64,000 nucleotides of DNA from Macrostomum lignano (taxonomy: Eukaryota). The notes below the pieces were generated by a model. That model was not told where the DNA came from. It made no database searches and saw only the letters and a list, made by a program, of their open reading frames with translations. Each line of letters opens with the position of its first letter. Position 1 is the stretch's first letter. Positions 25,051 to 35,566 of the stretch are shown one piece after another. The stretch lies in contig NIVC01002162.1 of assembly GCA_002269645.1 (NCBI GenBank), positions 124,001 to 188,000 of the forward strand, given 5' to 3'. The translations under genes were made by a program, and so were the position numbers.

Positions 25051-27749
25051 CCCTACACTAGCTTCAGTTCAGGATCATTTATATATATATATAAACTGAA
25101 GTGGATATATAGGATTATCTTCTTGGATTCAATTTTAGAAATTGAATTCATGCACTAATGCCTTTACACACACGCTAGCTTTGGTTCATGATCATTTATA
25201 TGTATTGCTTCTGTTTAAATGATTGTAAACCAAAGTGGATATATAGGATCCTCGTCATCGCCATGCCATGAAAGAAACCATGCCATTTGTTGGCTATTCT
25301 ATTCAGTTTTTTCTAATGTAACAAATAGGGGGCCTAAGCTCAGTTTAACCATTTTTGTTTATTTCAAGCAAGCTATGATCATTTATATGAAAAATTACAT
25401 GGGGATTGTGATCCAAAATGTGGGTGGAAAAATGATAGTAAACTGAAGGAATGCCACCCTAGCCTAGTATTCTAAAAATTAAGGCTAGGCAGTAGGCCTA
25501 GGCCTATTTAGTACTTTCTTTTAGTTTATAAATTTATTTAATATTTTTTTTATTTTATAGGTCTATATAATTGGAATCCTAAGAAGCCATTATGACTATA
25601 TTACCAAAGCAGGCTAGGGTCTATATCTATATAAATATAACCCATTAAATATTAGGGCCTAGAAACTGGACCTTGCTATTTATATAATATAAATATATAC
25701 AATTGCTGGCTGACATGGCTAATCTAGCCACTATAAATTAGGCCTATGATAGGCCTAGACCAGGGGTAAGTCGCAAAAATCAAAATGCCCATCCAAAAGA
25801 ATATAGACATAGCCTACCTAGTACTAATTAGATAGGGCATTTAGCCTTGATAGGATATGCCTAGGGCTTAGTCATAGTTAGGCAGCTAAGCCTAACAAGA
25901 AGTCAAAGAGTAGGCCTAAGCCGCATTTTTTTAGTTTTTTGTTTTTTGGGGGTTGAAAAAAAAAACTTTTCTTTTTTAAAAATTATGTTTGTTTTTTTCA
26001 GGATTTGGGTTTTGTATTTTATGAGTAAATATAGATTGCGGCTTAGGCCTACTCCTTGACTTCTTGTTTAGGCCTAGTCAGGAGTTTTGCTTTTTAGGTT
26101 AGAATTTCTGCTTTAGGGACCTAAGGTTTCTTTCATGGGTAAGTCACATTTTTGGTCAATCAAAACATAAGTTGCATGGCCATTGTAAATCTGGGGGGGG
26201 GGGGGTTGCATATAGATGGTATAATAGCACTAATAGGTCAAAAAGCATGACTCAAATTTTCAGGCCAGGCCATGGCTGAGAGGGACCCTGGCCCCCTTTG
26301 GCCTCCCCAGATGCTAGGCCCTACTTCTTTAGGCCTTGCCTATAGGCCTAACGTTTCTCTAATTAACTTCAAACTTGTGCAGCCAAATACATTGCTAGAA
26401 AACACTAAAAATTAAATACCACTAGGCCTATATCATTTAACCTTGTAAAAAACCTTTACAGCTAAAAATAAAAATTGAACTAGACCTAGTGTGCTAAAAT
26501 CAGAAAATTCAAAAGGTGTTAAGAATAAGACTTGATGTACTTTAATTACTGTAAGCACACTTTAAATGTTCGATAGTTAAATTAAAATAAATAGGACCAA
26601 GGCCAAGGGCAAAGATTCAAGGCTACAGCGTACACGGTCATCATTATCGCTAATAAGCGCGTTCAAACGTGTCAAACAATTGTTTTAAATGAATTACATT
26701 GCCATTACACAAAGTCACAAAGACATCTATAGCCAAGGACTGATTCTATGAGTTGCATTCTTGAAATCAAAGTGGTAAACCGTGGAAATTAAAAAATCAC
26801 TAAGTTCATAAGCTAAGCCAAGTTCATATAATAAAAATAAGTACATTTTTTGAATGCGTGCTGCTCAATTTTTTTGTTTAGTATTTTTTATTAAAAGTAG
26901 AGCATGTTTCCATTTTTTATTTATTCGTTTGCTGGTACCTTGATTTTTGTTAAATACTTAAATAGGTTTTGTTTAAGTGTGCTTAAATTATAAATATTTA
27001 AATTGTGTTTTTCACTCCAACTGAGTGGAACGGACTTCATGTGCAATTTCACCGTGAGCAGTTTGGTCAGTAGTAATTTAGGAAATAAATCACGTGAACT
27101 ACGAGGAACATGATCCAGTCAACTAATCAATTGTTCAACTACCATGGAAGGCATGGAGCCGAATATGTATTGCCTGTTTAGTTGACATACATGTATGTAC
27201 ATGCAAGTACATAAAAACCCAGTTTTAGTTTTTTGATTGATGAAATATTTACCCAGTGGATATTTTTGAGTGCTCAGCTGTTCTGATAAACCTGACATGT
27301 ATGAACTTCAAAGCACAGACAAAAGAAAACATACATGTACGAGTAGCTACATATAGTAACTTTACGCTCAAACCGAATGATGTAGAAATAGTGCTTTTAG
27401 AACCTGGATAATACAGTACGAGTACATGTAAATTAAGATTTTTAATCTTATTTAAGATAGGCCCTTGAAACGAGCGTACACTGTAAGTCGTATTGAAGTA
27501 TGCATTACATTTTTTGATTTCGCAACCTGCCAATCAAGTGACACAATACTGGCAAGTAAGGAAGTTAACGTTAGTAAAAATGCTGATAATGTAAATGCCT
27601 AACCAGTGTATTTAGCTTCATCATTGAAACTTATAAATAACGTTATACATAGCTACCACACAGACGCATTACATGCACCTGATGTTTAACAACATTAAAA
27701 TAAATAAAAAGCAACAAACAAACCGCTAAGTTAAAATTAATAGCAACCA

Positions 27750-30700
27750 TCACTGCCCAGAGGTGAGAGTTACCAGTAGATCTTCAGCATCATCTGGCAG
27801 AGGCGGCAACAGAGGCTGCTGTTGCTGCTGCTGGGTTGGTATTAAATTCGAAGCCAATTCTTCATCATCAACATCTTCGTCGTCTTCCTCATCCAAATCG
27901 TCATCGTCGCCCTCTTCATCTAGTTCGGCATCGTCAATGGCGGTTTCGTTGGCTGTGGCTGCAGCGGCAGAATCAGCAGCGGTGGTGCCAGTCGAAGACG
28001 CGGAGGCGGCGCTGTCAGCGGAGGCGGCCAGGACCGCACGCGGCAGCAGGCGCCTCACGTGCTCTCTGAAAAGCGTCACGTTTAATGCCTTGCGTCAATC
28101 CGCTATAGCTATACTCAGTGCAAAATAGATGAGATTATGCTCAGATTATGCGGATCAGCTTGTGTGAATGTCAACTTAAGCTAAGGACCCGAGTGACTGC
28201 ACAATCGATAACTTTCTGGACCCAGTTGACTAGAAACGACGAGACCCGGTCCCTTTCCTTAGTAAGGCCTTAGTATCTAGTCGTTGCCTTGAAGGAGCTT
28301 CCATTCCATGAGTCCCAAGTTAAACATTGAATCCCTTCTTGAGTACTTTCCTTGGGTTCCTAAAGTATTTTGAACTTCATTCCAACGCTTAAATTGACAT
28401 CCGCTTTTACAGACTCGAAATTTTGCAAGTGACCTGTAAGACGTCTTTGATGACGTGCAATTCTGAGCGTCAGCAAGGGTATCAACTCGAGACTGGATTT
28501 GGCTTACTTTTCGGGATAATTAAATTGTTTCTAGTAATCTTCCTTTTCTGGATTCTTACATGGAACTCTGCAGGGTGGATTTTGACCCTAACATCAAACC
28601 AAATGTCTGGATTCTGACCCTGACATCAAACTTAATGTCTGGATTCTGACCCTGACATCAAACCGAATGTCTGGATTCTGACCCGGATACCAAACTTAAT
28701 GTCTGGATTCTGACCCGGACATCAAACCGAATGTCTGGATTCTGACCCGGACACCAAGCTTAATGTCTGGATTCTGACCCTGACATCAAACCGAATGTCT
28801 GGATTCTGACCCGGACACCAAGCTTAATGTCTGGATTCTGACCCGGACACCAAACTTAATGTCTGGATTCTGACCCTGACATCAAACCGAATGTCTGGAT
28901 TCTGACCCGGATACCAAACTTAATGTCTGGATTCTGACCCGGACATCACACCGAATGTCTGGATTCTGACCCTGACATCAAACCGAATGTCTGGATTCCT
29001 ACCCTGACATTTTATCTGCAAGGTACACGTAAAGACGCATAAAGACAATCCAACGAAGAATAATATATAAATAAATATGCTACACAACGTTATTTAAAGA
29101 CTGATAAGTTTACATCGTATTAACATCGTATTACCTGGTCAGCTGTCGAAATTCCGCCATATCTGACTCCGAGTACCAACCGAAGGTGTCGTGACAAACC
29201 GGTTGAATTGGTGCAGCTGCGACGCGTTCGGCAATGGACGGCACGTGAATGTGGCAGAGCTGCAGGCACAGCTGGCCAACCCGGGGCAGCCGGTCCGGCT
29301 CCAGTGAGAACTCCGAACCGGCCGACACCGAGCGGCCGTGACGACGAATTTGACGTACGCGGACGTCCAGGCACTGGTAGATCGCAGCACCTTAGGACGG
29401 GTGATGAGTTGAGACTTCAAGTTGAATTGAAACTGCTCAAAAGTTGACAGTAGAAATCTGTTCAGATCCTTCACTTACAGCAGGGGTCGGCAAACTTTTT
29501 ACCTCCAGGGCCGCATAGAGAACCCAGCGCATGACTGCAGGCCAGAGGGGGGAGAGGAGAAGGAACAGAAGAAGAGAACTAGGAGAAATCAGAGGTGAGG
29601 GAATAAAGGAAGAGAGTTGAGAGGAGAGGAGAGAGGAGAGGGGAGGAGAAAGAGAAGAGAAGGAGAAGAGAGAGGAGTAAAAAGGAGAGGAGAGGAGAGG
29701 AGAGGAGAGGAGAGGAAAGGAGAGGAGAGGAGAAGAGAAAGGTGAGAGAAGAAACAAACTTTGAGCGGGAGGGATTGTGAAGTTTTAAAGAACCCGAGGG
29801 CCGGATGTGGCCCGCGGGTCTGAGTTGCCGACCCATGACTTACAGGGGGGGGGGGGGCATCACAAACCCGAAAAATCACAACTCCGAAATTAATAGCAAC
29901 ACACATCATAAACCCGAAAAATCACAACTCCGAAATTGATAGCAACGCACATCATAAACCCGAAAAATCATAACTCCGAAATTGATAGCAACGCACATCA
30001 TAAACCCGAAAAATCACAACTCCGAAATTGATAGCAACGCACATCATAAACCCGAAAAATCATAACTCCGAAATTGATAGCAACGCACATCATAAACCCG
30101 AAAAATCACAACTCCGAAATTGATAGCAACGCACATCATAAACCCGAAATATCATAACTCCGAAATTGATAGCAACGCACATCATAAACCCGAAAAATCA
30201 CAACTCCGAAATTGATAGCAACGCACATCATAAACCCGAAAAATCATAACTCCGAAATTGATAGCAACGCACATCATAAACCCGAAATATCATAACTCCG
30301 AAATTGATAGCAACGCACATCATAAACCCGAAATATCATAACTCCGAAATTGATAGCAACGCACATCATAAACCCGAAATATCATAACTCCGAAATTGAT
30401 AGCAACGCACATCATAAACCCGAAATATCATAACTCCGAAATTGATAGCAACGCACATCATAAACCCGAAATATCATAACTCCGAAATTGATAGCAACGC
30501 ACATCATAAACCCGAAATATCATAACTCCGAAATTGATAGCAACGCACATCATAAACCCGAAATATCATAACTCCGAAATTGATAGCAACGCACATCATA
30601 AACCCGAAATATCACAAACCCGAAATATCATAACTCCGAAATTTCTAGCAATGTTCAACACTAGTTTGGTTTTCGGAGTTATGATATTTCGGGTTTGTGA

Positions 30701-33549
30701 TTTTTCGGGTTTATGATGGCGACCCTTTACAGGGTCCTTACTAGCTTTCTCAAATGCTTCAGGGGGTCCTCAATTAATCCTTTCAGATCGTTTCCCATCT
30801 TACTGTTAGAAGCTACTTCTCAAATCCTTTCAATGGTCCCCGCTACCATCAGGTCCTACCTGACCTGACCTCAGGGTCAGGTCCTATAATGGACGCTGTT
30901 TAGTCACCAGATCCCACCCCAAGAAAACAATGAGAAGCCCACCTGACTCAACAATGGGATTATACCCAAAGCGCAGCCACAGATGATGCCAAGGCCCTCT
31001 GTACATGTGATAGGCCTTAGCCTTGATCAGCAGTTTAGCCTGGCTCCTATTAGCAATATCGCGTAGGCAATGAGACACGTAGGCAATCGATATAATGGGA
31101 GTTTCAGCTAACAGCTGGTCTAAACGTTCCAGCACGCGCTGCGATCGAAGGTCTCTCAGCCTGGTCACTTGGGCTTCAATCTCAGGCGTGGGGCCGGTGG
31201 GTGCGCCAGACTTGCGCAGATCCGCCAGAGTGGTCGACACTGTCAGACCGCAGCGACTCTTTCTAGTGAACATGCGCGGTCCAGCGACGTCAGGATCGGC
31301 AACGGAGGCGGCGGCCGCTTGAGGTCCAGAATCCTCGGGATCGAAGCGCATCGGCTCCCAGAGTCGATAGTCGCTTTGCGCGTCCGGCCGCGATAACGGC
31401 ATAGTGACGAGGTGCAGCGGTACATCATCGCGACAGAACCAGTCTTCTACCTGGCGGTTTTTGGGGATAGGGGATTAAATTATTTTTGAGCTGATCGGCT
31501 CCACTACGGAAATCCAAATGTGCCATTTTGAAACACGATTGCGCCATTGTTAAATCCAAATGTGCCATTTTGAAACACGATTGCGCCATTGTTAAATCCA
31601 AATGTGCCATTTTGAAACACGATTGCGCCATTGTTAAATCCAAATGTGCCATTTTGAAACACGATTGCGCCATTGTTAAATCCAAATGTGCCATTTTGAA
31701 ACACGATTGCGCCATTGTTAAATCCAAATGTGCCATTTTAAAATTCAAATGTGCCATTTTTAATCCAAATGTGCTATTTTTCCGTCAGGGTGTGTCACTT
31801 TTATATCCAAATGTGCCATTTTTCTATCAGGTGTGCCCTTGTTAAATCCAAATGTGCCACTTTTCCATCAAGGTGTGCCCTTTTTAAATCCAAATGTGCC
31901 ATTTTTTCATCAGGGTGTGCCATATTTAAATCCAAATGTACCGTTTTGAAACACGATTGCGCCATTGTTAAATCCTAATGTGCCATTTTTATCCAAATGT
32001 ACCATTTTTATCCGAATGTGCTATTTTTCCATCAGAGTGTGCCATTGTTAAATCCACATGTACTATTTTGAAACACAATGTGCCATTTTTAAATCTTAAT
32101 GTGCCATTTTGAAACACGATGTGCCATTTTTAAATCAAAATGTGCTATTTTGAAACACGATTGCGCCATTTTTTAAAATAAATGCGCCATTTTGAAGTCC
32201 AAATGTGCCATTTTGAAACACGTTTGTGCCACTTTTAAATCCAAATGTGCCATTTTTAAACCGAAAGTGAAAACAACAATAAATCTTGTCACATGAGCAC
32301 ACAGCGCACCTGATCAAGCGGTCTCGAAGGTACCAAATCGTCGTACAGGTCGCGATACTGTTCGAGATTTGGCCCGGACCGAATAAATGTCAGATATTGC
32401 AAATCTGCCAGACCATTGAATTCGTAGGTGCAGCCGCTTTGACCAAGGCATTCGATTTGAAAGCGTTCATCGCCTGTGACTTTGTGCCGCTGTCTGCAGG
32501 GAACGGTTTATGCACTCTTTATCAAGGAGGGCTTACAAACCAATTTAAAAGTATAATAATTATGCTGAATATCAGAAGGGCTAAATAGCTCAGCGGTTAA
32601 GCCGTTTGTTTGACTGTTTCGCACGCAGAGTTCCCTGGGTTCTATTAAGCTTTGTGCAAGGATATATTCATGTATTTAGCCTGGCCACCAGTTGTGAGAC
32701 CAATTTCGCTTACTATAGTGTACAACATAGCTAAGAAAACGTTATAACAAAACGACTACATAAAACATGCGTCGGCAACTCGGGCCCGCGGCCCACATCC
32801 GGCCCGCAAAGCCTCTATATCCGCCCCTCGGGTTCTTTAAAACTTCACAATCTCTCCCGCTCAAAGCTTGTGTCTCTTCTTAGCTTTCTTCTCTCACCTT
32901 TCTCTTCTTCTCCTCTCTCTTCTCCTCTCCTCCACTCCTCTTCTCTCCTCTCCCTCTTCTCTTCTCTTTTCTTCGCTCCTCTTCACTCGTCTTCTCTTTA
33001 CTCCTCTCACTTCTCCTATTTCATCTCCCCTTTCCTCTCCTTTCGTCAACTCTCTTCCTTTATTCCCTCACCTCTCATTTTTCCTAGTTCTCTTCTCTGT
33101 CCCTTCTCCTCTGTCCCCTCCCCTATTTTTAGCACAATTTAATAAATCTGTTGCTAAAATATTAAAGCAGAAAAATGCAAAAAACTTTGAAAAATATCGA
33201 GATAAAGCATGCCATGCGCACCATTTAAAAAAGCACTCGAGCTACACATTAAAATATATATATAACCGCACCTGACTACTCTCAGTACAAAAGCAGCTCG
33301 GCTAGTTACGGGATCTGCGACAGCCACTCTAGGCAGAGCATCCTCTGGATTGAATTGCAGCTGCAGTCTCAGCTGGTGCTGCTGCTGCTGCTGAAGCCGC
33401 TGTGGCTGCTGCAATTGAGCAGCAAAAGACTCTGCGAGTTTGTCCAGCCCGCCAAGCATCCGGATCGCTCGATCTTCATTGCGAACTATGCCGGGAAATT
33501 CCACGGCTAATAGTTGCCGATTGGATAGGGGCACCTCCTGCTGCTGCGA
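27750..33549 (-). CDS. GTF3C5: General transcription factor IIIC subunit 5 (Tau95/TFIIIC63), 5 exons, ~513 aa, no in-exon ATG
   Basis: Exons 33549-33272, 32493-32310, 31450-30943, 29390-29135 and 28065-27750 join in frame. Motifs VEFPGIV...MLGG, YEFNGLADLQY, YRGPWHHLWLRFGYNP, AIYQCLDVRVR, and an acidic C-terminus. Confidence 0.9.
28600..29005. repeat. 32-bp minisatellite in GTF3C5 intron 4
   Basis: Unit GTCTGGATTCTGACCC(T/G)GACA(T/C)CAAAC(CG/TT)AAT. Confidence 0.93.
29481..29837. mobile_element. hAT (Charlie-like) MITE, 357 bp
   Basis: Termini CAGGGGTCGGCAAAC ... AGTTGCCGACCCATG; perfect 8-bp TSD ACTTACAG (29473-29480 and 29838-29845); internal GA-rich tract. Confidence 0.9.
29846..30729. 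mobile_element. Foldback element containing a 46-bp tandem array (~17 copies)
   Basis: Unit AAACCCGAAAAATCACAACTCCGAAATTGATAGCAACGCACATCAT; the right end (30670-30729) is the reverse complement of the unit motifs. Confidence 0.8.
31505..32270. repeat. 42-bp minisatellite with degenerate tail in GTF3C5 intron 2
   Basis: Unit AAATCCAAATGTGCCATTTTGAAACACGATTGCGCCATTGTT. Confidence 0.92.
32586..32650 (+). mobile_element. Degenerate tRNA-like head
   Basis: A-box-like TAGCTCAGCGGTTAAG and a decayed B-box GGGTTCTATT. Confidence 0.4.
32766..33125. mobile_element. Second, inverted copy of the hAT MITE family
   Basis: CATGCGTCGGCAACTCGGGCCCGCGGCCCACATCCGGCCC...CTCGGGTTCTTTAAAACTTCACAATC matches the reverse complement of 29740-29837; far end is degraded. 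Confidence 0.8.
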
Positions 33550-33639
33550 CTGCAATTACGCAATATATAAATAAAACTGCTTTGCAAAGTTTACTTTCGA
33601 TACATATCGGATCAATCCAAAATTCACGCTCACATAGGG

Positions 33640-33850
33640 TGTACAGCGGCACTTTGACTTTCCAGTCGTCAGGCATGTACACTCTCAGTGCATTGGGGGT
33701 TGTTTCTCGTGGATGTGCATCGCGCTATAACCCTCTTCGGCCAATTTTCGTGTACTAAAAACCCCAAATGAATGCGGCCGCGCACGGAATCGAACCAGGG
33801 GCCACGGGGCGAGAGTAAAAAATTGCGTCTACTGCTGAGCTGAGCTGAGC
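33640..33850 (-). mobile_element. tRNA-derived SINE (copy 2)
   Basis: TAGCTCAG A-box, GGTTCGATTCC B-box, then the core AACCCCCAATGCACTGAGAGTGTACATGCCTGACGACTGGAAAGTCAAAGTGCCGCTGTACAC. Confidence 0.8.
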
Positions 33851-34654
33851 TACAAACAAAACAAAAAAACGAATACGAAAAATAGCAAAATAAATTAGAA
33901 GTTTTACCCTCTATGCAGGTAAGCCTACCCTTACAACTAGTAGAATATTCTAAGAAACGCCTATTATAGCCCATCGCAAAAACAAAAAATAACAAAACTT
34001 CATTATAACATAATTGTGCTCAACCAAAAAAGAGAGAAAATTAGTTTGCACAAAACTCGAGTAAGAAATACTTGAATAATAAGTTTATTTTTATAATAAA
34101 TTCGTCCAAGTGCTTAAGGAGTCTAAAAGAGATTTGAGTAACACTATTACAATTTATTTTTTTAAAGTTATTAAAGTTAGACAAATCACAGATCAAAAAT
34201 GGTACACAGCGTAAACTTTAAGTAAAATTGTGGACAGAAAGGAAATCTAAATTTTAAGGTAATTATGTAATGTAATTAGAAGCTCCGCTTCGCTGTTTTC
34301 ATTACTCATAATCTTTAGTTGGTATCCGTATAGTTTAAATAACAAATTATTAGACAAAGCTATTAAATAATAACAGAACTCTTTAGATGCTAGTAAAGAA
34401 GATTTACTAGTCAATTATTAACAAGTATTTAGAGTTGTTTGAAAACATTACTGCAATCGTTTCCTTCAAACTTAATTCACTATCTTTTCCATTGCTAAAG
34501 AAGTATAACAAGTTCCTACTTTCAGTTTAGTAGCAGGGAAGCATACGTAAGCTATTTTGTAAAAATAAGGCTGTTAAAACGACTGCGGAGCTTGCAGACT
34601 TGATGTAAACAGTGCATTAGCCCAGCCTGGTACACTGGGGAAGGCAATAAAAAT

Positions 34655-35220
34655 TGGGTGGCGGGGCGGGGGTAGAGATTTTGTCTTGAACGGCGCAGTA
34701 GGGGGTTCAGTTGGGGAGGATGGTAAGAAAAAAACTGGGGTGGCGGGGCGGGGTAGAGATTTTGTCTTGAACGGCGCAGTAGGGGGTTCAGTTGGGGGAG
34801 GATGGTAAGAAAAAAACTGGGGGTGGCGGGGCGGGGTAGAGATTTTGTCTTGAACGGCGCAGTAGGGGGTTCAGTTGGGGGAGGATGGTAAGAAAAAAAC
34901 TGGGGTGGCGGGGCGGGGTAGAGATTTTGTCTTGAACGGCGCAGTAGGGGGTTCAGTTGGGGGAGGATGGTAAGAAAAAAACTGGGGGTGGCGGGGCGGG
35001 GGTAGAGATTTTGTCTTGAACGGCGCAGTAGGGGGTTCAGTTGGGGGAGGATGGTAAGAAAAAAACTGGGGGTGGCGGGGCGGGGTAGAGATTTTGTCTT
35101 GAACGGCGCAGTAGGGGTTCAGTTGGGGGAGGATGGTAAGAAAAAAAACTGGGGGTGGCGGGGAGGGGGTAGAGATTTTGTCTTGAACGGCGCAGTAGGG
35201 TTCAGTAGGGGGAGGGGAGG
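34655..35220. repeat. ~82-bp G-rich minisatellite, ~7 copies
   Basis: Unit GGGGTGGCGGGGCGGGGTAGAGATTTTGTCTTGAACGGCGCAGTAGGGGGTTCAGTTGGGGGAGGATGGTAAGAAAAAAACT. Confidence 0.93.
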
Positions 35221-35566
35221 TAAGAGGTCCAGGCTAATAAACGAGTTCTGTTATAAAATATAATAAAATGTTCATGCTTATTTAACTTTTTACTTCACTG
35301 AATTTAAGAGGAACAGCCCGATCGCGCGCCTTTCCCGCTGCGTCCCTCCCGAGACTGCCCTACAGCTAAAGAACTGAAAGTAGCTTGCTTGCACGCAAAT
35401 GCGCTGATTGCGCCTAATCTAGTTATTATACATGAACTATTATTGTCTGGGATCCCCTTCAATGCATGTACAATATACGCATATGATAGTTAAGTTGCAA
35501 AAGAAACCAGAGTAGCAAAAAAAGACAACAGTGGTTATATGTGTAGATAAAAGACACACGAGTCTG

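Noticed and set aside
33476-33682. SINE-derived ATG (MYMPDDWK) as the GTF3C5 start
   Set aside because: The donor-like sites I could find in this ORF (GTGAGC, GTAAAC) are phase 1, whereas the GTF3C5 acceptor needs phase 0.
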